Assembly: GCF_009914755.1 (NCBI RefSeq)
Contig: NC_060926.1
Strand: one strand, 5' to 3'
DNA length: 64,000 bases
Origin: the human T2T-CHM13v2.0 reference genome, Homo sapiens
Positions 28,060 through 45,603 of the stretch are shown one piece after another. The notes beneath the pieces were generated by a model. The model saw only the letters and a program-made list of their open reading frames with translations. It was not told the DNA's origin and did no database searches. Position 1 is the stretch's first letter, and the number at the start of each line of letters is the position of its first letter. A program made the position numbers and the translations under genes.

Positions 28060-30264
28060 GCTTAGAAAGAGCTTCCTTGTTATGGGATCCAGAGCCCTCT
28101 TGTATAGGTTAAAATTGTTAGGTGAGAATAGGATGTCTGGGCCGCAGGTTAGCACTGAGAAAGCCCTGCAGTGGAAAGATACAGAGTTTTTACCCTTTGC
28201 TTTTTTGTATCATTATGTCCAGAGAAAAGAAAGCTATGCGTGGGCTATTGTAGAGGACTTCAATGATCTTTCTAAGGAAATTACACAAACTAAAGATTGT
28301 ATACTACTATTACCTAATTACTTGAACACAATATGGGTTGTCATTCTGGATGAGCCTGTTAGAAATAATCAGTGTTTTACTGGCATGTAAAACAAGACGG
28401 AAGTGAATTTGAGGACTAATATTCAATTGAGGCTATGCTACACAGCAGGTACTAGGGATACGCTGGTGGGCAAAAAGTTGCACTCTTCATGGAGCCAACA
28501 GACCTAGGGCAAAGACAATTGCAAATCAAATGATAACTTAAATCAATGTAAAATTAGTGTGTGGGGAATGGGTTGGGGGAGATAATTGTATTGTTCTTAT
28601 TATATAAGTGATATCAATGTCCCTCCCCAACAGGGTTTGTTCAGATGGACACAAGGCCTTCTTCATAATATCCTGGGGTACAAGGTGGGCTGCTTAACCA
28701 TGTTGATGTATGGAACCAGGGTGAGAATTCTAAAGGAGGGTCCTGAAGGTACAGCAAGGACTCAGTTGAGGCAAGTGGTTCAAAACCAAAAATATGGCCA
28801 TAGGTCAAGATAGCAGGCATAAGCCAAGATGGACACTAAGGTTCTGAGAAGTTCAGTGATGGAGAAACACACAGAGGGGAAGGAAGGAGAGCCTGGAAGG
28901 ATCCGCAGACCATGGCTGGCTCACTGCCTGTGACTCTTCCTGTGGAAAAAGCAGAGCTGGCACCCTTCCCCCAGAAAGCCTCTCCCTTAAGAAGGGTCAG
29001 GGGGAAGAATCTCCTAGGGTTTGATGATCAAGTGCTCTTAATGAAGTCCTGAAACTTTTTCCTGTGGGGTATGAATCTCTGAAACCACTGTACCAGTTTG
29101 CACCTTCTGCGATGTACCAGTGCTGGGCCTGGCCTTGCTATCATCAGGATCCCAGTACTTTTTTAAAAAAAAAAGATTCTCTAATTCCCTGCTAGGTTGC
29201 TGGAGTGCATGGTGGAATATGGGGCCTTAGGAGGTTAGATGAAGTGGGTAGTTGAAAAAAACAAGTTGCATGTCCATGGAAAGGAGAATGGAGTAGAGGC
29301 CAGAGAGCTGATGACCTCTGTCACCCCAGAGGTGTTGTTAAAAGTTTATACCAGAAGACATGGAATTACCCACTACTTTAAGTCAGCCTCTCCCTCATTC
29401 CAATATTCACGGCCTTCTTTTTCTACACCACTGTGCCTCTTTGCTAATCCAGGCCCTACACTGTTTTTTGTTTGTTTTGTTTTAATGAGGGGTACTTTTT
29501 GTCCTTGCCTATCATGAAGGGGCTATCCTCATGAACAGGGACACCGTGTTGCACACTTACAGGAGACATCATGCCCAACACAGTGTGTGAGAATGATGCC
29601 CCTGGGCTTACTCAGTGGACAACCCTTGCAGGAAGCTTATGCGTGTGCTGCTGGATGATCCACAGGGGAAGTGCGGGCAGCTGTTGTTACCAAGCCTTCC
29701 TCCTGCAGGGATGAGAAGAACGCAGGAGTCTGCCTTGGATTGATGAGCTCCCCCAAATAGGGGGCGGCCAGCATGCCTCAGCTTGATTTCCTTTTCCTCC
29801 CTGGAACTGGAGGTCATGTCCTCTCTCAGCTCTGGTTCCTTCCCGTCTCCCTCCTTCCCCCAGGATCTGTCTGCTTGTTTCAGCCCCTGACATCTGCCCA
29901 CATTGCTCCCACAACCTTCTCTCTCACCACCTACCCTATAAAACCCTTCTCTTGTTTTCCTGGGAAAGGGAAGCTCTTGCCTCTCTCTCCACTCCGTTTA
30001 CATTATTTTTTATGGCTCACAGTCTCTCCTCTCATTTTTTAAAATCATTTTTTATCATTTGGATTATCCCACCCTTTACCCTATGATCAAGATCCATATT
30101 TGGAAGTTTAAAATCAGGATATTAACTGTTTCTTGTCCTTTGCATTCCTGCTGTAATGCAATGCCCCTGACTAATGAAGCAAGTAGAAACTATTGGAAAG
30201 AAAAAAATACAGAAATGAATGTACCAAGAGTTGACCTTTTTGAATTCATGGGTAAATGGCCTGG

Positions 30265-30395
30265 TCTTCCTACTCTTATGTGAGTTCCAGGATGTGGGAG
30301 CCATGTGTCTTGTTCTGTGTTTACAGAGCTTCTGGCATAGTGTCTGACACAAAGCAGACACTGAACAAATATTTGTGGGCTGAATAAATAAATGA
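30265..30395 (+). mobile_element. L2 3' end
   Basis: atgtgagttccagga...catagtgtctgacaca...aaatatttgtgggctgaataaataaatgaa. Confidence 0.7.
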
Positions 30396-30518
30396 ACATT
30401 ATCATTTCTGTGGACATTGTTTTATATCAGTTTAGGGTTGTTTTCAGTTGCACATAAATGAGTCATTATTACAGATGTTTAACCAAATGGGGAGCTGTTT
30501 TTTCTCTCATACATCTAG

Positions 30519-30880
<362 letters not shown>

Positions 30881-31559
30881 TGGAAACAGTTTTATTTTTC
30901 TGCTCTGTTCTTTGCATAAGGCTTGTGAACGCAGAGTTCGAAAAGCCTTATGCAAAGGTGGCTTTATGCAAAAGCCTTATCCAAAGGTGGAACCACCTCC
31001 AAGCACACGATGAATCTTTATGATGAACCAGATGAACTGGTATCTTTTCACTGGGAAAATTATCGCCTTCCCAGAAGCTTCACTGATATCTCATTAAGCA
31101 AGCTGTATTGCCCCTTGGAGCAAGAGACCTGGAAGTTACATTTATTTTCATCTAAGCATATCATCACCTGTATTCTCTTGGTGTCTACTACAGTTGTAAG
31201 GGTTTCTTACTGATCATGTTGTGTTTACATTTTGTATTTTATATTTTCGATTAGTATAAAAATATTAACTAACAAAAAAATTTTATAAATATAATTCCTA
31301 GCATTATATTTTTGAGAAGCTTTTCTTATAAGACCTAAAGCTCCTTAAAGGAGGAGACCTAGAAATATTTTTGACAATGTCTTTTAAAAAAACAAAACCT
31401 TGTTGTAATCATGCTCATGAGTGTAATCCAAACTGATTGCATCTGATCAGTAATTTAAAATTTAGATTAAGCAAAAGTGAAAATGAAAGATAAATTATCT
31501 CTTTAAGGAAACATCCAGTTAGTATACTCCTACTCATCTGCACTAAAGGCATATTTTTT

Positions 31560-32400
31560 CATATATTCAAAACATGGATTTATTCATCGGTTAACTCTGA
31601 ACAATCGCTGCACACCTCCTAGGTTAGGAATAGGGTTACAGGTGCTTTGCAGGCTCACGAATGTATCTGCTGAACAACACGTATGAAATGCCACCACCTG
31701 CTGGAGCTAGGACACCCCATACAGTCGACAGGATGGAGCCCTCACGGAGGTTGCATTCTAGTGGCAGAAGGCAACAATATAAACAAATATACAGACCAAA
31801 AAATAATACCACTTATGCAGAATTCAGTGCTTGAAGAAAATAAAATAAGGCAGTGGAGTAGAAGGTAATGGGTAGAACAGGGAGCCCCTTCAGACTGGAG
31901 ATCGGGGAAGCCTCCCTGAGATCCGATAAAGAGGAAGGAGCCATCCATGGCAGAGTGGGGACAAGGGCTCCAGGCAGAGGGCACAGACAGTCCAAAGCCC
32001 TGAAGCAGGAATAACTTAGGGTTCTGAACAAGGGAAATGGCTGCTGTGGCTGAGTGTGGTGGTGGGGAAGACAGTAGGACCAGAGCACGTAGGCCCCCAG
32101 GACACCTGAAGGAGGTGAGAGTTTATCGTAAGTGAAATTAGAGACCACTGGAGCATGGTGCCTGATTTATGATTGAAAGCCCCTTTCTGATTAGCTGTAG
32201 GGGTCAGGGCTGGGGACAGCGAGATGGGCTGGCAGGCATTGCTGTGGAGTAGGAGGTAGGGGAAGGTGGCTTGGATTAAGGTGACAGCTGTGGAGTTTTG
32301 ATAAGAGATATGGTTTAGGATCTACCTAGGAGGTGGAGCTGATAAAATTTGCTGTGACCCTCTGTGGGGTGGAGCGGGGAAGAGAATCAAGGATCACTCT
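31560..32400 (-). mobile_element. L2 fragment
   Basis: gccctcacggaggttgcattctagtgg, caggcagagggcacagacagtccaaagccctgaagcagga. Confidence 0.7.
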
Positions 32401-32467
32401 TAAGTTGTGTGTGTATATATATATAATATATGTATAAAATATATTTTATATGTAGAAGAGGCACAAC

Positions 32468-32871
32468 ACTATTAGCTCAGGCTGCAATCATAAAATCCCA
32501 CCGACTGCGAGGTGTAAACAACAGAAACTCCTTCTCACAGTTCTGGAGGCTGGAAGTCTGAGCTTAAGGAGTCAGCAGGTTTAGTGGTTCCTGTGGCGTC
32601 TCCTTGGCTTGCAGATGGCGGCCACCACCTTCTTGCTGTGTCCTCACGTGGTCTTTCCTCTGTAAGTGCATCCCTGGTGTCTCTCTGTGTGCCCAAATTT
32701 CCTCCTCTTATAAGGACATCAGCCAGATTAGATTAGGGCCTACTCTAACTGCCTCATTTTAACTAAATCACCTTTCAAAAATCCTATTTCCAAATACAGT
32801 CCACCTCTGAGGTGCTAGGAGTCAGGGCTTCAATATAAGAATTTTGAGGGGACACAATTTGGCCCACAACA
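32468..32871 (-). mobile_element. MLT1A/B-like solo LTR
   Basis: tcacagttctggaggctggaagtc, cttataaggacatcagc, ggggacacaatttggcccacaaca. Confidence 0.85.
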
Positions 32872-33082
32872 GTCCCCAAGGGGCAGATGCACAGATAAGC
32901 CCAGCAAAGGAGCTGGATAGGAGAACACAGAGAATTGCTGGAAAAGTCAGAAATGCCATGAAGATGAAGACTGCATTAAAAACCAGATCTGAGAGTCTAA
33001 GATATTTCTGTTGGTCAGAATAGTACTACCAGGGTTCACAATGCCAGGAAGGAAATGAAAAGGAAGATGAGAGTGGAAGTGA

Positions 33083-33111
33083 GGGTGGGAAGGGAGGGGA
33101 AAAGGGAGGGG
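33083..33111 (+). other. Potential G-quadruplex
   Basis: gggtgggaagggaggggaaaagggagggg: six G3-4 tracts with 1-4 nt loops. Confidence 0.55.
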
Positions 33112-33666
33112 AAGAGAAACCTTTTAAAATGACCCTGATTATTGTGCTGACTGAAAAACATTATCATGTGCAATTATATTTACTCGGTTGATTCTGAACT
33201 TTTGCTTTAAAATAAAAAGAATTTCATGATTGTAGGTGAACTTTGATACTGATAAGATTGGTGATTTCTTTGGGGAGCGAGATGGACAGAAATAATTCAT
33301 GTTCTGAGGCTGTGGGGGTAGTTGGTAAAAAAGAGTGACCCAGCTCCAGATTACATTTGGCAGCTGCCTCCTTAGTGCTGTGAAATCATGGCGATGCAAG
33401 GAAAGACGTTCTCACAATGAAAATACTTGTTTTTTTCCTAATTATACAAATAATATGTGGTCATTCATATATCACTTGTGCACTATTAAATATTCAAACA
33501 GTGTTCAAAATGTATTTGGAAGAAAGTGAAATCGCCTGATATTCCACCGCTGAGATAACCGTCATTAACAATTTTTAGTTATTATTTCTCTGTGCTTTGT
33601 TTTATGCATATACATGCACATCTATAATTCACACCATACAAGCAATTTTATTTGTAGTGGTATAAA

Positions 33667-33762
33667 TGTGTGAATGTGAGTGTGCATGTACGTGTGTGCA
33701 TACATGTGCATGTGTGTGCACTATGCAAGAGTGTGTGCATGCGTGTGTGTGTGTGTGCATGC
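33667..33762. repeat. Degenerate (TG)n/(TGCA)n purine-pyrimidine alternation
   Basis: Directly visible. Confidence 0.8.
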
Positions 33763-35466
33763 ATTTCTTCCCTCTCCTCCACCATTCCCTGGGAACCCAT
33801 GTTAGCTGTCTGGTTTGCATCCTTCTCTCTTTTCTCTAAGGACTTACGTCTATTTACCAATACACGCTGATGTGTGCATTCAAGTGCAGGTGCAATTTTA
33901 AAATTAACATCTGTTTTTGTAAAAATGTGATCTCAAATGACTGTATCTGTATATGCAAACACATATTTTCCTCATCTTACTTTCTTATTCCCCTCTATTC
34001 TTATGAGTGTTCTGCCTTGTGAGTGCTAATAGTGCATCTGCTCTATTCACAGAACTCAATTTCTGTGTCTATCGAGGTGCTGCCATATTTCATGAACATC
34101 CCTTCTGTTCTCATGGCATCCTTATATCAGCATGGCCTCAGCTCTCCTGGCTTCTCTTTCTTCCCACCTCTTTGCGTGTGAGCTAATGGGGCACTTGTTG
34201 GTGGACAGATGATGTGATTAGATGTTCCATTAGCATACACCTCAGTACACTTTTCTCAGAGCACGCTCCCTCTATGCATGTTAATTTCTTGTAAATGTCA
34301 GTGAGTCAGAGGGTGTTGATAAACATCACTACTATTAGTTATTTAGCTATCTGGATCACAGTTTCAATTGCTCCTGACCTTGGCTTGGAAATCCACAAAG
34401 CACTTCTCTGACATTTTTGTCTTTGTTGCGGCTTTCATAAAGGTAGAGGCTTTGTTCTTTTCTCCTCACTGGAGAGACTTAGGTTCAACTCAAAGCCATA
34501 TATATATCCAGTTTCTGTGGCTTCTCTTCCTACAGAGCCCACACAGGAAACTTCCCCACCACCTCCTGGCCTTTTCCACACCATTTTACTAGCCTTGATG
34601 CAGAGGATGTGCTTTACTTACCTGAACCTACCTGATAAGCAAAGTTATTTCTATTGAAGTCATATTCCAATCCTTAAGTGAAACATTATTCTATTTGATT
34701 TTGCCTGGGTGGCAGAAAGGAAAATTGGCCTATTTTCCTGATTAGTATACTTTCCACTGTAGAAACTGTTCTTAGTCTAGATCTTGACCCCAGGGAAGCA
34801 AAATGATTGATCTCTGGTTTTAATGTTATGAAACTTTAACCCCAAAAGGCAAACCAGATATTATTAGTTCTACATTCCTAATAACACACACTAAATGAGT
34901 TAGTGAGTTGCAACTGTGAATATCAATCAAATGAGATTTAATGGAAATATGTGATGCTATTATTCAAGTGTAATGCAAACTTGCTAAGATTTTATTTAAA
35001 ATATTTCATGAAAAGTGAAATAAATAAAACTGTACAAAGGAAGAAGTTACAGATTGATCAAGAAGTAGATTAACTTGTGATGAGCATCTGATAGTGGTTC
35101 TTTCTCTGGCTGTCATCTGGTAGGAACTGACTTATGCCTGTTTCTGTATTCTGCAGAGGTCAATTCTCTGTAAAGATCAGTTTGGTTATAGACTTGGTCT
35201 TACCCAGTTCTGACCCTACACCCTAGGCTGGGTTGAGGCAGACTGGAGTAGCTAGTGCACCAAGCTCCTTTCTTCTTGTGCAGGGACTGTGAGGCCACAG
35301 GCCAGAGGGGCAGGTATGGGATTGGAAAGGAGCCTGTGGTGGCTGCCTATGTCCAGCTACATATGCAGAGTGGTGAGCAGGTCTGTGTGCTGCTTCTGCT
35401 GGGAGGACTCTGTTACCAGAATCTGAGCTGTCCAGGGGACTGGCAGATAGATTGATGGTCCCCATG

Positions 35467-35846
35467 TGATATGGTTAGGCTTTGTTTCCCCACCGAAGTC
35501 ACATCTTGAATTGTAATCCCCAGGTGTTGCGGGAGAGACCTGTTGAGAAGTGATTGGATTATGGGAGCGTTTTCCCCCATGCTGTTCTTGTGATAGTGAG
35601 TGAATTCTCACGAGATCTGATGGTCTTATAAATGATAAATGGTAGTTTTTTTCTGCGCTCTCACATGCTCTCTCTCACCTGCTGCCACGTAAGATGTGCT
35701 TGCTTCCCATTCTGCCATGATTGTAAGTTTCCTGAGGCTTCCCTCCCCAGCCATGCAGAACTATGAGTCAATTAAACCTCTTTCCTTTACAAATTACCTA
35801 GTCTCGGGTAGTGTGTTTTATAGCAATATGAGACTGGACTAATACA
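35467..35846 (+). mobile_element. THE1D-like solo LTR
   Basis: tgatatggttaggctttgt...ggactaataca. TSD ccatg/tcatg. Confidence 0.9.
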
Positions 35847-36893
35847 TCATGCTTGGCCCTCTTGTCACTATATCCAGGAATGTGCAGGGAAAAAAATCTT
35901 TTGTTGCTCAAAAGTGAGGCTTCTGCTGCTAGAACATTTCCACAATCACAAAACTTCAGCAACTAAATATTGGCCTGCTGTGTGTGACTGTGTGTGTGTG
36001 TTCACTTGTGCAAATGGTTCTGACTTTCTTTTAGCAATTTAAAAGCAAGTTAAATCCCTGCTGACAGAACTTGGTTTTCCTGCTGTGTGGGTGCCTGGGA
36101 TATTTAATTGAATCTAACAAACATTTCACTTTGTGGAAGGGACAGATGAGTTTTCTTTAGGGAATAGATAATACTGGGGGGTTCAGGATTGAGAGATGGT
36201 CTGTGAGAGTAAAAAGATCTCCACGCTGGGAACTGTGAGACTCTCACCCTAACTCTCTTCTTATCTCTCCCTGTATGACTAAGCAGGTCATTTAAACTCT
36301 CTGAAATTTTCTACATCAAAATTTTATCACTGGTGAAAGGACTAGGTTGACCAGCTTACACAGAAAGCTCCTCTCAGATCAAAAACTGTCTTTCAAAGAT
36401 AAAGTGATAAGAGAGTCATTACCTTCATCGTCAGACACACATATATATAATGCATTAACTATGAAAGCATTTGAAAAATCTTGCCATAAGCAAACAAATA
36501 CCATAACTCCCAGCATTTAATTTATAACTAGGATATAAATTAGATGCTCTAAAAATTCCCTTTAGTAATTATTGCAGTATACAAATCATTGCCCTGATCA
36601 TTTATTGATTCGTAACATATTTTGGGTTCACACTCTGTGGGAGGCAGCTTCAAGGTGCTAGAGACAAAAAGGGAATGAGACACACAGTCCTCACCCTCAA
36701 AGAACTCATGGGAGGTAGGTCTTCGAGAAAGGACGAGAAATAAAAGGCAAAGAAACTAATTATAGTATAATGAGGGCTACAGCATGCCATATCCCTTAAA
36801 TTAAAACTTGCTACATGGAAAATGCTAACTTCATTGCATATTTCTATTCACATCATAAAAATGTAGGATGAAAGTGATTGTAAAATGTTAATA

Positions 36894-39221
36894 CAGACAT
36901 ACCATGCTGATATTGCAGGCTTGGCTCCAGGGCACTGCAATAAGTGAATATTGCAATAGTGTGAGTCACAAATTTTTTGGTTTCCCACCGCATAGAAAAG
37001 TTATGTATGCAATAGCAGTATGTGTAAAACAATGTACACAATCTAATTAAAAACACTTTAAAAGTGCTAATGATTATCTTTTTGTTGTTGGGCAGTCTTG
37101 TCTCCAAGTGGATGGCTGTTGACTGATCAGGGTGTTGGTTGCTGAAGGTTGGGGTGGCTGTGACAACTTCTGAAAATAAGACAGTAATGAAGTTTGCCAC
37201 ATTGATTGACTCTTCCTTTCACAAGAGATTTCTCTGTAGCATGTGATGCTGTTTTATAGCCTTCTTTTCACAGTAGAATTTATTGAAAATTGGAGTCGGT
37301 CCTCTCAAACCCTGCCACTGCTTTATCAACTAAGTTTATGTAATATTCTAAATTCTTTGTTGTCATTTAAACAATGTTCACAGCATCTTTACTAGGAGTA
37401 GATTTCATCAAGAAACCACTTTATTTGCTCATCCATAAGAAGTAACTCCTCATCTGTTCAAGTTTTCTCATGAGATTGCAGCAATTCAGTCCCATCTTCA
37501 GGCTCCATTTCTAATTCCACTTCTCTTGTTATTTCCACCTTATATGCAGTGGCTTCCTCCACTGAAGTTTTAAACCCCTTAAAGTCCTCCATGAGGTTTG
37601 CAATCAACTTCTTCCAAACTCCTGTTAATCTTGATATTTTGACGACCTCCCATAAATCACGAATGTTCTTAACAAGATCTAGAATGGGAGAATCCTTTCC
37701 GTAAGGTTTTCTATTTACTTTGCCCAGTTCCATCAGAGGAATCATAATCTATGGCAGCTATAACCTATGACATTTATTTCTTAAATAAGAAGACTTAAAA
37801 GTCAAAATTACTTCTTGATCCGTGGGCTGCAGAATGGATGTTGTGTTAGCAGGCATGAAAACAACGTTAATCTCCTGTGTACATTTATTAGAGCTCTTGG
37901 GTGACCAGGTACATTGTCAATGAGTGGTAATATATTGAAAGAATCTTTTTTATCTGAGCAATGGGTCTCAACAGTGGGCTTAAAATATTCAGTAAATCAT
38001 GTCTCACACAGATGTGTTGTTATCCAGGCTTGTGGTTCCATTTATATAGCACAGGCAGAGTAGATTTAGCATAACTCTAAAGGACCTTAGGAATGGCAAA
38101 TGATCATTGCCTTCAACTGAAGTCACCAGCAGCACTAGCCCCTAACAAGGAGAGCCAGAATGTCCTTTGAAGCTTTGAAGCCAGACATTGACTTCCCCTC
38201 TCCAGCTATGAAAGTCTTACATGGTATCTTCTTCCAAAAGAAGGCTATTTTGTTTACATTGAAAATCTGTTGTTGAGTGTAGCCATCTTCATCAATGATC
38301 TTAGCTGGATTTTCTGGATAACTTGCTGCAGCTTCTACATCAGCCCTTGCTGCTTCACCTTGCATTTTTATGTTATGGAGATGGCTTCTTTCCTTAAACC
38401 TTATGAACTAACCTCTGCTATCTTCCAACTTATCTTCTGCAGCTTCCTCACCTTTGCCAGCCTTCATAGAATTGAAGAGGGTTACGCCTTACATGGGCTA
38501 GGCTTTGGCTTAAGGGAATGTCGTAGATGGTTTGATCTTCTATCTGGCACACTAAAACTTTTTCCCTATCAGCAACAAGGCTGTTTTGATTTCTTATCAT
38601 TCGTGTGTTCACTGAAATAGCACTTTTAATTTTCTTCAATAACTTTTCCTTTACCTTCACAACTCGGCTGTTTGGCACAGAAGCCTTGCTTTTGGCCTAT
38701 CTGGACATTCGGCATGCCTTCCTTACTAAGCTTAATTGTTTCTAACTTTTTGATTTAAAGTGAGAGGTGTGCGACTTTTCCTTCTTGAACACTTAGATGC
38801 CATTGTAGGGTTATTAATTGATCTAATTTCAATATTGTGTGTTTCAGGGAATAGAGAAGTCTGTGTTGAGAGAGAGATGGGAGAACAGCAAGTTGGCAGA
38901 GCAATCAGAACACACACATTTATCAATTAAGTTTGTCATCTTATATGGCTGTGGTTCACGGTGCCCCCCACAAACAGTTACAATAGTAATATTAAAGATC
39001 ACTGATTACAGATCACCACAACAGATATAATAATAATAAAACTTGAAATATTGCAAGAATTAGCAAAATGTGACACAGAGCCACAAAGTGAACACATGGT
39101 GTGGGAAAAATGGTGCCTGTAGACTTGCTTGATGAAGGATTGCCACAAAGTTTTAATTTGGAAAGAATGCAGTGTCTGCAAAGCACAATAAAGCCAAGTG
39201 CAATAAAACAAGGTATGCTGG
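36894..39221 (-). mobile_element. Near full-length Tigger1 DNA transposon with disrupted transposase
   Basis: TIR-like ends cagacatacc / ggtatgctgg flanked by TA. Minus ORF pieces ([17 protein letters not shown]...GFKASKD; LTGVWKKLI...FKGFKTSVEE) are Tigger1 transposase-like. Confidence 0.93.
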
Positions 39222-39369
39222 TACATACTTCTAACTTGCCGATACATGAGAAGCTAAACCAATCACCATAAACAGGAAAATGTGTGTGCGAGTATCATAT
39301 ATTAATAGATACAGTCTGTGGGAAATGGTGCAGGAAACTATAGTTAAAGGAACATTGTCTCTGGAATAA

Positions 39370-39560
39370 GGTAGCTATGAATTCAGATTCTGACCCCTTC
39401 TAAATCTGATATCTTAGTTTAGTCACTTAACTTCAACTTTTATTCTCTCATTTGTAAAAACAAAGGCTAACAGTGACTTTCTCACATAGTTACTGTGACA
39501 GTGAAGTAGAATAATGTGGAAGTATTTAATTTTCTGAAACCTTTGCATAGAGTTGTTATT
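39370..39560 (+). mobile_element. MIR
   Basis: aagtcacttaacttc...tctcatttgtaaaa...ctcacatagttactgtga. Confidence 0.6.
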
Positions 39561-40514
39561 GTTTCAGCTTTTGTTGGTCACTATTTCCTCTAAGAATCTG
39601 GCAAATCTTTATTTTACCAAAATCCTCCATCACACAAGTGACACAGGCCTCTCCTCGTCTCTGGCACCATTGAGGCACTTTGACATCTGGAATTCAATTT
39701 GCCTTGTTAAGAAGTTCTCTTTCACACAGCAGTGGGATTCATGTAGTCAGGATGTCTCCACGGGCTCTCAAGTCAGCACGTGGCTGTCTCCACTGTCACT
39801 TGGTTCCACTTCACCTGCTCTCAACCTCCCAGGGGTCATTTTCACTGTTTCTCTCTGTCTCTGTCACAAGTTGCATCCCTGGTGTCCCACTCAGCCTAAT
39901 GCCCTTGATCTCTTTTCAGTTGGCCAGCAGCAAACAAGTGAGGGCCTAATGCATGCCAGATGCCAGTCACACAGCTATTTTGTAGGTGCTGTTGCCTGTG
40001 ACATGCAACTTGCCAATTTAGATGCTCCATTCTCTCTACTGCCTGCATACTCTCTGCTATTACTTACCTTGCCTTTGCTTATGGGGAACTAGAATCTACT
40101 ACTCTGATGTCTACCCTCACAGAGGGGCTTTGCTTTACAGTTGCTTGGCCCAAGGGATTTATATTTCTTTTAATTTATACATTATTTTGCTTCTCAGTGC
40201 TATATTTGCCACAAAGTTGCTAGTCCAGTCTGGGTCCCTAAAATCCACACCACAGTTTAGTTTTTAACATACCTATTGCTGTGCTTCAGATTTCTATCTA
40301 AGGACCGAAATGGTGCTATCGAATACTTTTGAACTCTTTCCCCATGAGGCTCCTTGACCCCATACAAGTAGACGGGAACAGACAGACATCTGAGCACAAA
40401 GGGTTGCTTAATTCTACTCACGGATATGTCTGTATTCCAGTATCAACTAAGTTCAGACATACAGAGATGTTTCAAGATTTAAAACAAAATGGAATATTCG
40501 TTTTAAAGTAGCTC

Positions 40515-43580
<3,066 letters not shown>

Positions 43581-43619
43581 CTAGCTAAGCAGCCAATTCA
43601 AGAACTGAGAAGATTAACA

Positions 43620-44119
43620 CAGCTGTCACAATTCTTTTCCAATTCTGAAAAAATTCAGACATTATCTCTTTAAACATTGCCTCTGTCCCATTCTCTCCTC
43701 TTTTTGGCATGCAGATTAAAAGTATGCTAGACCACCTTGTCCTATTTTCTGTGCCTTTTTTTCTGCATTTCTTTCTTATATTTTTGTCTCTCTGTACTAT
43801 ATTTTCAATAGTTTCTTCTGACCTACTTTCCAACTCATTAATGCTTTCATTAGCTATGTCTAATCTGCTGGCAAACCATACTTTGTGAACTTTTAAAAAT
43901 TGTTAATATTTTAATCATAGATGTTCTGGGTTTGTTTTGTTTTCAGATTACTTATATCATTTTTAATAGTTTCCTGTTCCCTGCTGATAATTTCAAGCTC
44001 GAATTTTGTTTTTTACTAAAGTGGTAATTATAGTTGTGTTCTTAGTCATATGTAATAACTTCAATATCAGGTCTTTGTAGGTTTGTTTCTCTTGTCTGTT
44101 CTCTCTCCATTTTAGTGTC

Positions 44120-44154
<35 letters not shown>

Positions 44155-44690
44155 ACTAGGTTATCTTTGACTGTGTGCTGGTCATTGTATTTTAAACTTT
44201 TTTTGTAGGAATAATGTGAGGTCTAAGATGAGGGTATGTTCTTCCAAAGTGGGTTCACATTTCTTTCTATCAGGCATTTAGTGACACTACCAGTTTGTGG
44301 ATGATTTTAACGCAAGATTAAAGTTTGATGTTATCTGGATCATGCAGATGATAAGAGCTCTGATTTCAATAACTTCCTGGTTTATTTTCATATTTTGAGT
44401 CTTGGTTTTGGTAGTCCCCAGTTAATATGTGACTGAGTGTTCATTGGAATCTCCACTTTGGGCAGGTCTGGAATTTGACCTGTAGTCTCTTGCCCTGTGA
44501 GATGGCCAGTACTACAGCTCAAACTCACAGCTTTTTGGTGGTGGTAGTTGGGGCAAGGGGTTGCTAGCAAATACTCTTAGAGAGCTGTGTTTACCTTTCT
44601 AGATTCTTACATTTTCCTAGAAATCTATAGCAGTGAGTTTTAGGAAACCCTATATTCTTCTTAATCTATATTCCTAATTCTACAGCTGTT
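43620..44690 (-). mobile_element. Old L1/HAL1 ORF1-region fragment
   Basis: Minus ORF 43585-43833 (MESRSEETIEN...EAMFKEIMSEFFQN) resembles L1 ORF1. Confidence 0.65.
44123..44152. repeat. (TG)n microsatellite
   Basis: Directly visible. Confidence 0.9.
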
Positions 44691-44822
44691 TTATGTTTTG
44701 GATATTCATGTTGCTAATTCCCCTACTCCTTTGTTTTCTCTCTAGATAGCAAGTGCCTATTTGACATCCCTTGGATGTTTTGTTGATATCTCAAACCTAA
44801 CATGATCAAAAGAAGACCTTTT

Positions 44823-44825
<3 letters not shown>

Positions 44826-44894
<69 letters not shown>
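44826..44894. repeat. Compound (CA)n(CT)n microsatellite
   Basis: Directly visible. Confidence 0.95.
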
Positions 44895-44897
<3 letters not shown>

Positions 44898-44951
44898 TGC
44901 CCACACACTCACGATACTCTGGTATTTTCATTCCCTTACCCTGGTGCATTA

Positions 44952-45297
<346 letters not shown>

Positions 45298-45603
45298 TCA
45301 TCATTAATCCTCTTTTTTTATTTTCTTGCTGTCTGCTCCCCATTCACTCTATTGGCGAGTTCTCTCAACATAACTTCAGAATCCACCCATCTTTCTCTAG
45401 TCTCCAAATCCACTATCACCACTCTATTTCTGGACTGCCATCTCCCATTTCTACATTAATCCAGGCACCAAGTAAATTAGATTAAAGCTTTGCTTCTTCT
45501 CTTGCTGAGCACATCACTTCCATCTTTAAACCCCAGACAGGATGATCTTCAAAAATGTAAATTGTATCCTGTCCTGTCCTCCCCTGTATAAATGGCATTC
45601 TTT

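Noticed and set aside
28600-29860. Possible very old LTR fragments (similar hints at 39900-40260 and 55740-56280)
   Set aside because: Composition is suggestive, but I cannot match a family or termini by eye.
37458-38926. Domesticated transposase gene (TIGD1-like)
   Set aside because: The transposase is fragmented by stops and frameshifts inside an ordinary Tigger1 with TIRs.
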